Positions 29,581-39,343 of a DNA stretch of 64,000 nucleotides are shown in pieces (positions within the stretch are counted from its first letter, which is position 1; each line of letters starts with the position of its first letter). Both the position numbers and the translations under genes were made by a program. Below the pieces are notes generated by a model, which worked only from the letters and a program-made list of their open reading frames with translations, did not search any database and was not told the DNA's origin. The stretch is from an uncultured delta proteobacterium (GTDB taxonomy: Bacteria > Desulfobacterota > Binatia > DP-6), in NCBI GenBank assembly GCA_963815115.1, contig CAWFFN010000009.1, positions 800,001-864,000 on the forward strand. Direction: 5' to 3'.

Positions 29581-31041
29581 ATGAGTGCTCTCGTCATCGC
29601 GCTGATCGTGAACGTTGCGCAGGCCGCGACCGGGTCGGGCATCCGGACATACGTCGGGCTGCGCGGTAGGGATGAGACTTCGCTGCGCGCGCTGCTCGCG
29701 TCGCAGCAGGATCCGACCAGCCCGGACTACCGCCGCTGGCTCGGCGCGCAGGAGTTCGGACGTCGCTTCGGCGCGGCCCCGAGCGATCTGAGGCGTGTGG
29801 AGCGATGGCTCCGCGGAGAGGGCTGCCGCATCAAGCGGACGGCCGGACGACAGCAGGTCGAGTGCGTGGGGGTCCGCCCCGGCGCGCCGCCGCCGGCGGT
29901 CGCGTCCCTGGTCGAAGACGTGATCGACCTCCAGGCGCCGGCGCAGATCCGGCACCACCTCGATGCCTCGAGGCTGCAGCCGGAGGGCGTCCTGCCGGAT
30001 GGAGAGCCCTACTTGACGCCGCAGGACTACGCAGGATTCTACGGCTTCGCCGGCCTGCACGCGTCCGGGATCGACGGTACGGGGCAGCGCATCGGCATCG
30101 TGGCCACGGTGTCGGTCGATCCCGCCGACATCGCTGCGTTCCGGACCTTCTACGACCTGCCGCCGCTCGAGCTCGAGCAGGTCGGCACGCCCGGCAACGA
30201 CGTCGGTGACGACGATCTCATCGAGGTGACGCTGGACGTCACCTGGTCCGGGGCGGTGGCGCCCGGTGCTGCGGTGGTGGTCGCGATCAGCCAGGGCACC
30301 CTGGTCGACGCGATCTCATACCTCGTGAATCGTGACGACGTGTCCGTGCTCAGCCTCTCGGAGGTGCTCCTGCCCACGAGCAGGAACCGGCCGCTCATCC
30401 GGCAGTCGCTGAAGCTGTTCAAGCAGGCCGCCGCCCAGGGGAAGACGGTGCTCGTCGCCTCGGGCGACTTCGGTCCGCTGGTGGTCACCAGGCCGAAGCC
30501 CAGGCGCGGGGTCGACCAGTTCGCCCAGTCGCCCTTCGTGACCGCCGTCGGCGGCACCGCGCCCTCCACCTCGACGCCGCTGGATGTCTTCGCCTACGGC
30601 AGCGAGGTCGTCTGGCAGGCCGGCACCATGGCGAGCGGCGGCGGCAGGAGCACGCTGCCGCGTCCGAGCTGGCAGAGGGGCCTCAAGAGCACCCGGCGCA
30701 CGGTGCCGGACGTCGCGCTCGCGGCGTCCGCCGTCTACCCCATCGCCCACGACGGGGCGATCACGTGCTGCATCTCGGGTACCAGCGCCTCGGCGCCGGC
30801 GTGGGCCGGCCTGGTCGCGATGCTCGATCAGCAGAAGGGCTCGCGGGTCGGTCTCCTCAACCCCGAGCTGTACGAGCTGGGAAACGCCCAGGCACAGGGC
30901 GGTGCGGCGGTCTTCTTCGACATCGTGGAGGGCTCCAACACGACGACGCAGGCGAGGGGATTCCCGGCCAAGCCCGGATACGACCTCGCGACGGGCTGGG
31001 GCTCGCCGAACGTCCCGGCGCTGTTCGCGGGGTTTCGGTAA
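29581..31041 (+). CDS. S53 (sedolisin/kumamolisin) family serine peptidase with prodomain
   Basis: Prodomain DPTSPDYRRWL; catalytic EVTLD, ASGD and GTSASAP; GYDLATGWGSP. Confidence 0.9.
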   Translation: MSALVIALIVNVAQAATGSGIRTYVGLRGRDETSLRALLASQQDPTSPDYRRWLGAQEFGRRFGAAPSDLRRVERWLRGEGCRIKRTAGRQQVECVGVRPGAPPPAVASLVEDVIDLQAPAQIRHHLDASRLQPEGVLPDGEPYLTPQDYAGFYGFAGLHASGIDGTGQRIGIVATVSVDPADIAAFRTFYDLPPLELEQVGTPGNDVGDDDLIEVTLDVTWSGAVAPGAAVVVAISQGTLVDAISYLVNRDDVSVLSLSEVLLPTSRNRPLIRQSLKLFKQAAAQGKTVLVASGDFGPLVVTRPKPRRGVDQFAQSPFVTAVGGTAPSTSTPLDVFAYGSEVVWQAGTMASGGGRSTLPRPSWQRGLKSTRRTVPDVALAASAVYPIAHDGAITCCISGTSASAPAWAGLVAMLDQQKGSRVGLLNPELYELGNAQAQGGAAVFFDIVEGSNTTTQARGFPAKPGYDLATGWGSPNVPALFAGFR

Positions 31042-31048
31042 CGGTGCG

Positions 31049-31705
31049 ATGACGCCCGCCCCGGATCCTCCCGAGGTCGTCCCCGCCGACGTCCTCGGCT
31101 ACTGGTTCCGCGAGCAACCCCCCGACGCCGCCGCGGCGATGCCCGAGATGCGACGCTGGTTCCAGAGCGGTCCGGAGGTCGACCAGGAGATCATCGCCCG
31201 CTTCGCCCCGGCGGTCGAGGCAGCGGTCGCCGGTGGTCTCGCCACCTGGGAAGCGGACCCGAGGCATCGCCTGGCGCTCGTCATCGTGCTCGATCAGTTC
31301 ACGCGCAGCGTCTATCGCAACGATCCCCGCACGTACGCGGGTGACGCCCGCGCGCAGCGCCTCACCGTCGACGCCCTCGAGCGCGGGCTCGATCGCCCGC
31401 TCTCCTTCTGGGAGCGCCTGTTCCTCGGCATGCCGCTCCGGCACGCCGAGGACGTCGCCCTGCAGCGCCGCGGGCTGGAGGAGGCCAGGCGCATGGCCCG
31501 GGAGTGGCCCGCCTTCGAGCCCATCGTCGCCATGGCCGTCGAGCAGTCCGAGAAGTACCTCGGGATCGTGACGCGCTTCGGCCGCTTCCCCCACCGCAAC
31601 GAGATCCTCGGACGGGTCTCGACTCCGGAGGAGGAAGCGTTTCTCGTCGACTGGACCGAGCAGCAGCCGCCGCGGGCAATGGCCCCGAACCGCTGGACGC
31701 GCTGA
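31049..31705 (+). CDS. DUF924 family protein
   Basis: LGYWF, VLDQFTR and RFGRFPHRNEILGR motifs. Confidence 0.88.
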   Translation: MTPAPDPPEVVPADVLGYWFREQPPDAAAAMPEMRRWFQSGPEVDQEIIARFAPAVEAAVAGGLATWEADPRHRLALVIVLDQFTRSVYRNDPRTYAGDARAQRLTVDALERGLDRPLSFWERLFLGMPLRHAEDVALQRRGLEEARRMAREWPAFEPIVAMAVEQSEKYLGIVTRFGRFPHRNEILGRVSTPEEEAFLVDWTEQQPPRAMAPNRWTR

Positions 31706-31977
31706 TTCACCTCGGACCAGCCTCTACCGGTTGAGGCGTCGGGACGCCGCCCCGGCGCTGGCCGCGATCTGCGCTCGCTTCCAGGACGGGAGTCCATTCG
31801 CCGATCTGGAGGACGCGCGTCGCCTGCTCGCCGAGGGCTGAGACGGATTGACGCTCGAACCGCGGGCAGTGTACCGTTTTCCAGCGTGCGAGCAGGGCTG
31901 ATCGACGTGCGTCCGCGCGGCAGCTCACGGGGCCGGTATCCAGGACCGCTCCGCGCACGTCTCGCGTCGAGATCGCA

Positions 31978-32940
<963 letters not shown>

Positions 32941-32946
32941 GCGGGA

Positions 32947-33774
32947 TCATTCGGGCTCCGACGGCCGATCCCTCCGGTTCCGCGCGGGGCGGCTGGCAGG
33001 CGGCGTCGCGTCGCCGGTTCCGGTTCCCACCTCGGCGAAGACCCGGAGTGCGATCACGATGCCGATGACGGTGCCGCCGTCGTCACGGATCAGCGTGCTC
33101 ACCTCCTCGACCGCCATTTGCCGGCCCTCGCGGGTCAGCAGCAGCCCCTCGGCCGTTCCCCCGCTGGCGATCATCTCCCCGCCGCGCAACGCCCGCGGTC
33201 TGCCGGGAATCGTCACTCGGAGCACGTCGGCCAGGTCGCGGCCCTCCGCCTCGGCGGCCTTCCAGCCCGTCAGCGTCTCGGCGGCCCGGCTCATGAAGCG
33301 GATGCGCCAGTCGCCATCCGTGGCGATCACCGACTCGCCGATGCTGCGCAGGGTGGCGGTGAGCCAGCGCTCGCTCTCCCGCAGGCGGCGCTCCATCTCG
33401 TGGCGGTAGAGGGCCATCTCGATGACGATGTGCAGCTCGCGCTCCTGGAAGGGCTTGAGCAGGTAGCCGTACGGTTCGGTGATGCGCGCCCGCTCCAGCG
33501 TCGCCGGATCGGCGTACGCGGTGAGATAGATGACCGGGATGTCGAAGGCCTGCCGGACGTGCTGCGCCGTCTCGACGCCGTCCATGTCGTCCCGCAGGTG
33601 GATGTCCATCAGGACGAGGTCGGGGCGGAGGGCGTCCGCACGTTCGATGGCGTCGCGGCCGCGCCCGACCGCGGCGGACACCGCGTAGCCCAGCCGCTGG
33701 AGCGTCGACCGGATGTCGAGCGCGACCGCGGCCTCGTCCTCGACGACGAGGATGCTCGCCGGGCCCTTCCTCAT
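32947..33774 (-). CDS. Response regulator (REC plus PAS, no DNA-binding domain)
   Basis: ILVVEDE, LMDIHL, YLLKPF, then a PAS fold (VIATD...AAETLTGW); ATGA overlap with the kinase. Confidence 0.9.
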   Translation of the reverse strand: MRKGPASILVVEDEAAVALDIRSTLQRLGYAVSAAVGRGRDAIERADALRPDLVLMDIHLRDDMDGVETAQHVRQAFDIPVIYLTAYADPATLERARITEPYGYLLKPFQERELHIVIEMALYRHEMERRLRESERWLTATLRSIGESVIATDGDWRIRFMSRAAETLTGWKAAEAEGRDLADVLRVTIPGRPRALRGGEMIASGGTAEGLLLTREGRQMAVEEVSTLIRDDGGTVIGIVIALRVFAEVGTGTGDATPPASRPARNRRDRPSEPE

Positions 33775-35336
33775 GATCCGGCGAAGAGGATGCGGAACTC
33801 GGTTCCGCCCTCCGAGCGAAGCTCGATGGTCCCGCCGAGCTGCTCCGTCAACGCGCAGACGAGCTGCATCCCGAGCGTCTCGGTGGCGCGGAAGTCGACG
33901 TCGCGGGGAAACCCGACTCCGTCGTCGGCCACGCGCAGGAGATAGCCCCGTGCCTCGTCGGGTCGGACCTCGATCTCGATCTCGCCGCGGCGCCCGTCGG
34001 GGAACGCATGCTTGAGGCAGTTCGACACCAGCTCGTTGAGTGCAAGCCCGAGCGGCACCGCCGCGTCGATCCCGAGGGAGACGTCCTCGACGGCGGCCCT
34101 GATGCCGACCCCCTCCGCCCGCGTGTGGTAGGACCGGCACAGGAGATCGGTCAGGCTGCGGACGTATTCACCGAGGTCGACGCGCGACAGATCGGCCGAC
34201 TGGTAGAGGCGCTCGTGGACCAGGGCCATCGAATGGATGCGGTTGCAGCTCTCGGCGAACATCTCGAGCGCCCCGGGGTCGTGGACGTGGGTCGACTGCA
34301 ACCGCAGCAGGCTCGAGATGACCTGGAGGTTGTTCTTCACGCGGTGATGGATCTCCTCGAGGAGCACCTCCTTCTCGCGCAGCGACGTCTGGATCCGCTC
34401 CGCGCTGGCGCGCACCGCCTCCTCGGCGCGCTTCGACTCGGTGATGTCGTACGCGATCCCCTGGAGAAAGAGTGGATGCCCCTCGTCGTCCCGCACGACC
34501 CGCGCCTCGCCGCGCACCCAGACGACGTTGCCGTCGCGCGTGAGGGCACGGAATTCGGCGCGGAACGGACCGCCGGTCCGGCAGCCGCGCGCGAACTCGC
34601 GGTTGCAACGCTCGCGATCCTCCGGGTGGAGCTGGTTGAACCAGAGGAAGGGATTGCCCAGCCACTCCTCCTGGGTGAAGCCGAGCAGCGCCTCGATCTG
34701 GGGGCTGACGTACAGCTCGGTCACATCCTCGTTGAGCGCGGCCATGAAGGTGACGGCGGGGATCTGCTCGACCAGCGTGCGGTAGCGAGCCTCGACCTTG
34801 CGCCGCTGCTCCTCCGTCCGCTGCGCGCCGATGAGGCCGCGCACCGCGAGGATCTGCAGCTGCTCGCCGCCGAGCGCGACGCTGGCGGAGGTGGTTTCGA
34901 GGGGGAAGGTGGTGCCGCCGGCATGCTGCCCGACCACGTGGCGCGCGGCCGTCCGCGGGGCGCTCGTGGAGACGGCGTCGCGGTCGTCGGGCGGAAGCAG
35001 GATGGTCGCGATCGGCTTCCCGATCGCGTCTGCGGCGGAGTAGCCGAAGATCGCCTCCGCAGCCGCGTCCCACGAGTGGACGAAGCCGGCGCCGGTCACC
35101 GTGATGATCGCGGCTGCCCCGGCTTCGGCGCCCGCCCGAGGCCGGTCGCGGCCGGCGGGTATCCTCGTCCGGATTCCGGCCCCGATGATCGACGCATCGA
35201 CGGAAAACGCCCGCACCATCTCCTGCAGCACTGCCTCCGCCTCCTCGGGCGTCGAGGGTAGGGGATCGAGGACCGAGGAATCCGCCCCGCCGGCCGGGTC
35301 GTGACGTGTCGAGCGACGCGAGCCGTTGCGCGCCAT
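33771..35336 (-). CDS. Cytoplasmic PAS-PAS sensor histidine kinase, HisKA_2 type
   Basis: Two PAS domains, EIHHRVKNNLQ H-box, NELVSNCLKHAF and DDGVGFP; starts 5 nt after the hydrogenase large-subunit stop. Confidence 0.92.
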   Translation of the reverse strand: MARNGSRRSTRHDPAGGADSSVLDPLPSTPEEAEAVLQEMVRAFSVDASIIGAGIRTRIPAGRDRPRAGAEAGAAAIITVTGAGFVHSWDAAAEAIFGYSAADAIGKPIATILLPPDDRDAVSTSAPRTAARHVVGQHAGGTTFPLETTSASVALGGEQLQILAVRGLIGAQRTEEQRRKVEARYRTLVEQIPAVTFMAALNEDVTELYVSPQIEALLGFTQEEWLGNPFLWFNQLHPEDRERCNREFARGCRTGGPFRAEFRALTRDGNVVWVRGEARVVRDDEGHPLFLQGIAYDITESKRAEEAVRASAERIQTSLREKEVLLEEIHHRVKNNLQVISSLLRLQSTHVHDPGALEMFAESCNRIHSMALVHERLYQSADLSRVDLGEYVRSLTDLLCRSYHTRAEGVGIRAAVEDVSLGIDAAVPLGLALNELVSNCLKHAFPDGRRGEIEIEVRPDEARGYLLRVADDGVGFPRDVDFRATETLGMQLVCALTEQLGGTIELRSEGGTEFRILFAGS

Positions 35337-35341
35337 GACGC

Positions 35342-37108
35342 TCACCCCGCCTGGGCTCCGAGCAGTGGCGAATGCACGGCGCGGACGGTGCGGCCGCCGC
35401 CCAGGTACATGTGGACGCCACAGGGGAGGCAGGGATCGAAGCTCCGCACCGTCCGCAGGATGTCGATGCCCTTGAAGGCGCTCGCGCCGTTCTCCTCGAA
35501 CAGCGGCGTGTTCTGCACCGCGTCCTCGAAGGGTCCTGGCGTGCCGTGCACGTCGCGCGGGCTCGCGTTCCACGTCGTCGGAGGGAAGGGGTGGTAGTTG
35601 GCGATCTTGCCGTCCCGGATCACGAGATGATGGGAGAGAAGGCCGCGCACGGCCTCGTGGAATCCGCAGCCGATGGCGTCGTCAGGGACCTCGAACGGGG
35701 TGGACGTCCGGGTCCGCCCGGCGTGCACCTCCTCGAGGGCGCGCTCGGCGAAGTAGAGAGCCGCCGCAGCCGCATACGCCTGGAAGTACGTCCGTGCGCG
35801 GTTGCGCTCGAGGGTGTTGCTCCAGGCCGGGATCTTCCACTCGAACGCGACCTCGGGGAGTGTCGCCGACTTGGGAAGGGTGATCGCTATGCTCCGACCC
35901 GTCGCCCGAACGTAGCCGATGTCGACGCGCCCGGCGAGCGCGGTCACCCACAGGCGCGCGAGCGGGCCGCCCCCGCTGTCGAGCGCGAGGAGCTGCTGGC
36001 TGGCGGGCTGCAGCCAGCGGGGCGAGGTGACCCACGTGTAGCGTCCCGCGAAATCGCGCTTCTGGGGTCGCGGGATGGTGCGCTGGTTCCACGGATGCCG
36101 CCGGTCGACCGGGTTGCCGAGCGGGTCTTCCTTCACCAGCGGCTCGGCCGTCTCCCAGTCGTCATAGTACGAGCTGCCGAGGAGGACGCGGATGCCGAGG
36201 TTGACCTCGACCAGATCGGTGGTGACGAGCTCGCCGTCGATGACGACGCCCGGCGTGACGTACATCTCCCGCCCCCACCGGCTCATGGTGCGGTAGTCAT
36301 AGTCGCAGGCCTCCGGATTCTGGAACGAGCCCCAGCAGCCGAGCAACGTGCGACGCTGGCCGACGGCTTCGTAGCCGGGGAGCGCCGCGTAGAAGAAGTC
36401 GAACAGGTCGTCGTGCAGCGGCACGACCTGCTTCATGAACTCGACGTACTGCATCAGGCGGCTCAGGTACTCGGTCAGGAGCTGCACGCTCGCCGTCGTG
36501 CCGATCCCTCCCGGGTAGAGCGTGGACGGATGCACGTGACGGCCGCCGATCAGGCAGTACATCTCCCGCGCCAGACGGCTCGTGCGCAACGCTTCCCGGT
36601 AGAACGCGCCGCTGAAGGGATTGAGCGCGCGCATGATGTCGCCGATCGTCCGGTAGCCGTGCTTGTCCGCGTTGGGGGCGGCGGTCTGGTTGGCCTTCTC
36701 GAGGACGCCCGGGTTCGTTTCCCCGACCATGCGCTCGCAGAAGTCCACCCCGACGAGGTTGTCCTGGAAGAGGTTGTGGTCGAACATGTACTCGGCGGCC
36801 TCGGCGAGGTTGATCAGCCAGTCGGCGAGCGGCGGCGGCTTCACCCCGAAGGTCATGTTCTGGGCGTAGAGCGCGCAGGTGGCGTGGTTGTCGCCGCAGA
36901 TGCCGCAGATGCGGCTGGTGATGAAGTGCGCGTCGCGCGGATCCTTCCCCTGCATGAAGATGCTGTAGCCGCGGAAGATCGACGACGTGCAGTGACACTC
37001 GGCCACCCGGCGATTGCCGAGGTCGATCCGCGTGTGCAGGCCGAGGCTGCCGACGACGCGCGTGATCGGATCCCACGACATCTCGATGAGCTCGGGTGTC
37101 GAGCTCAT
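35342..37108 (-). CDS. hhyL: [NiFe]-hydrogenase large subunit, group 1h-like, second copy
   Basis: WDPITRVVGSLG, L1 TSRICGICGDNH and L2 SFDPCLPCGVH plus C-terminal extension; colinear with 41929-43716. Confidence 0.93.
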   Translation of the reverse strand: MSSTPELIEMSWDPITRVVGSLGLHTRIDLGNRRVAECHCTSSIFRGYSIFMQGKDPRDAHFITSRICGICGDNHATCALYAQNMTFGVKPPPLADWLINLAEAAEYMFDHNLFQDNLVGVDFCERMVGETNPGVLEKANQTAAPNADKHGYRTIGDIMRALNPFSGAFYREALRTSRLAREMYCLIGGRHVHPSTLYPGGIGTTASVQLLTEYLSRLMQYVEFMKQVVPLHDDLFDFFYAALPGYEAVGQRRTLLGCWGSFQNPEACDYDYRTMSRWGREMYVTPGVVIDGELVTTDLVEVNLGIRVLLGSSYYDDWETAEPLVKEDPLGNPVDRRHPWNQRTIPRPQKRDFAGRYTWVTSPRWLQPASQQLLALDSGGGPLARLWVTALAGRVDIGYVRATGRSIAITLPKSATLPEVAFEWKIPAWSNTLERNRARTYFQAYAAAAALYFAERALEEVHAGRTRTSTPFEVPDDAIGCGFHEAVRGLLSHHLVIRDGKIANYHPFPPTTWNASPRDVHGTPGPFEDAVQNTPLFEENGASAFKGIDILRTVRSFDPCLPCGVHMYLGGGRTVRAVHSPLLGAQAG

Positions 37109-38154
37109 TCGGGGTCTTCCCGCCGCCGACCCGGCCGCCGCCACTCCGGCTCGCGCTCCAGCGACGCGATGGTGAAGTTGCGCAGTGCACGTACGGCGCG
37201 GCCGTACATGAGCACGGCCGAGGACGACATCTTGGCGCCGGGCGGCTCGTCCATGAACGGCATGAACTTGTCGGGGAAGCCCGGCATGGTGCAGCCGATG
37301 CAGACGCCGCCGACGTTCGGGCAGCCACCCACGCCACCCATCCAGCCCCGCTTCGGCACGTTGCATCGCACCACCGGGCCCCAGCAGCCGAGCTTCACGA
37401 TGCACTTGGGCGTGCCGTAGTCGAGGCCGAAGTCGGCCTGCTCGTAGTAGCCGCCGCGGTCGCAGGCTTCGTGCACGGTCTGATCGAAGAGCCACCGTGG
37501 GCGCAGGCAGTCGTCGAGCGGGATCATGGGGGCGCGACCGACCGACTGCCGCAAGAGGTGGAGGAGGGTGTCCATGAAGTTGTCGGGCTGGACCGGGCAG
37601 CCGGGGACGCACACGATGGGGATGTCGCCGCGCGAGCGGAAGTCCCACCCGAGATAGTCCGGCAGCCCCATGCAGCCGGTCGGGTTGCCCGCCATGGCGT
37701 GAATGCCGCCGTACGTCGCGCAGGTACCGGCGGCGACGACGGCCCAGGCGCGCGGCGCCAGGCGGTCGATCCAGGTGCAGGTCAGGATGGGCTGGCCGCT
37801 CGACGGATCGGTGCCGAATCCTGCCCAGTAGCCCTCGTCCTTCCTCGTCTCGTCCGGGATCGAGCCCTCGACGACGAGGATGAAGGGTCCGAGCCTGCCC
37901 GTGGCGGCGCGCTCGAAGGGCTCGAGAAACCGGTCCCCGACTTCGTAGGCCAGCACGGGGTTGTGGAGCTCCACCTTCGGGATGCGGGGGATCGCTCCCA
38001 GGACGAGGTCCTCGAGGCTCGGGTTGGTGGCGGCCGTGATGGCGATCGTGTCGCCGTCACACCCGAGGCCGGCCGTGATCCACAGCACGTGGATCGTCTC
38101 CAGCGGGGCCGGCTCCACTTGCTCGCAGCCGTCGGGCGCTGACTCGTTGGTCAC
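37105..38154 (-). CDS. hhyS: [NiFe]-hydrogenase small subunit, group 1h-like, second copy
   Basis: GLGCDGD, GTCATYGG, VPGCP, HEACDR and GGCPNVGGVCIGCTMPGFPD; no Tat signal; stop overlaps the large-subunit ATG. Confidence 0.93.
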   Translation of the reverse strand: MTNESAPDGCEQVEPAPLETIHVLWITAGLGCDGDTIAITAATNPSLEDLVLGAIPRIPKVELHNPVLAYEVGDRFLEPFERAATGRLGPFILVVEGSIPDETRKDEGYWAGFGTDPSSGQPILTCTWIDRLAPRAWAVVAAGTCATYGGIHAMAGNPTGCMGLPDYLGWDFRSRGDIPIVCVPGCPVQPDNFMDTLLHLLRQSVGRAPMIPLDDCLRPRWLFDQTVHEACDRGGYYEQADFGLDYGTPKCIVKLGCWGPVVRCNVPKRGWMGGVGGCPNVGGVCIGCTMPGFPDKFMPFMDEPPGAKMSSSAVLMYGRAVRALRNFTIASLEREPEWRRPGRRREDPE

Positions 38155-38288
38155 GGCGTCGGACCTCGACCGGATCGCGAGCGACTCTGTAGCGCGGCGA
38201 CTCCCCCGTGGTCAAAGAGACCATCGCGGCGCTCGCCCGTCGCAGAGGCAATGTCGCGAGACGCTGCGCGACGCCATCGCCACCCTCG

Positions 38289-39230
38289 CTACCACTCGCG
38301 CCGGAAGGTCGCCCATGTCTTCACCGGCCGCAGGCCGGCCGCCCGGCCGCGCGCGACACGCTGGACGGCGAGCTTGCGGCACGCCTCGTCGATCATCTCC
38401 GTGCCGAAGCGGACGGCGCCTCGACCCTCGACACCGGTCGCGTGGGCGTAGGCCTCGAGCATCGCGGTCGCCCTGTCGAACTCCTCCTGGCTCGGCGTGA
38501 AGGTCTGGTTGAGGGGTTCGATCTGCCCGGGGTGGAGCGCCCACTTGCCGTCGTAGCCGAGCGCCCTCGCCCAGCCTGCCGCGCGGCGCAAGCCCTCCTC
38601 GTCCTTGACGTCGAGGTGGGGGCCGTCGATTGCCTGCACGCCTGCGGCGCGTGCGGCGACGAGGATCGTGCCACGGACCCAGTGCCAGAGGTCGCCGGGA
38701 TACTCCGAAGTGCCGGAACCGCTCACGATGCGAGGAAGCCCGAGCGACGCGCTCAGGTCGGCAGGACCGAGGATGAGGGTCTCGGTCCTCGACGAGGCGC
38801 GTACGATCTCGCGCACGCTCTCGAGTCCCTGCGCGGTCTCGATGAGCAGCTCGAGCCCGACCTTGCCCTCGAGTCGCTCCGCCTCCTCGACCTCGGTCAG
38901 GAGCCGATCCGCGAAGAGGACGTCGGCGGCGGACTCGACCTTGGGAATCACTATGCAGTCCAGACACCGACCGGCTCCGCCGGTCACCTCGACCATGTCG
39001 TCACGGTACCACGGGGTCTCGATGGCGTTCACACGGACCGCCACCGTCTTCTTCGACCAGTCGCCATCGAGAAGCGCGCGGATCACCTGGCCGCGTGCCT
39101 CTTCCTTCGCGGCGGGCGCGACCGCGTCCTCGAGGTCGATGATGACCTCGTCCGCGGGCAGGGTCGCCGCCTTGGCGAGCATCTTCGCCGACGAGCCCGG
39201 GACCGAGAGGCAGGAGCGTCGCGACCTCAT
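38289..39230 (-). CDS. CitE/malyl-CoA lyase family CoA-ester lyase (HpcH/HpaI aldolase fold)
   Basis: RSCLSVPGS, IDLEDAVA, VRVN, IETAQG, GPADL and GKWALHPGQ motifs. Confidence 0.88.
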   Translation of the reverse strand: MRSRRSCLSVPGSSAKMLAKAATLPADEVIIDLEDAVAPAAKEEARGQVIRALLDGDWSKKTVAVRVNAIETPWYRDDMVEVTGGAGRCLDCIVIPKVESAADVLFADRLLTEVEEAERLEGKVGLELLIETAQGLESVREIVRASSRTETLILGPADLSASLGLPRIVSGSGTSEYPGDLWHWVRGTILVAARAAGVQAIDGPHLDVKDEEGLRRAAGWARALGYDGKWALHPGQIEPLNQTFTPSQEEFDRATAMLEAYAHATGVEGRGAVRFGTEMIDEACRKLAVQRVARGRAAGLRPVKTWATFRREW

Positions 39231-39343
39231 GACGGGGAACCGATTCTCCGCGCGTGCCGGCGACTATAGCGCCGGCCCGGCGGAGCGTACAGACTGGGCG
39301 GAGTCGAAGCGCCGATGCGCGGACGGCAACTCGAGGTGATGGC

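Noticed and set aside
38155-38288. Promoter for the second hydrogenase operon
   Set aside because: No sigma-54 motif found; a minus-strand TTGACC lacks a good -10; read-through from the lyase gene is possible
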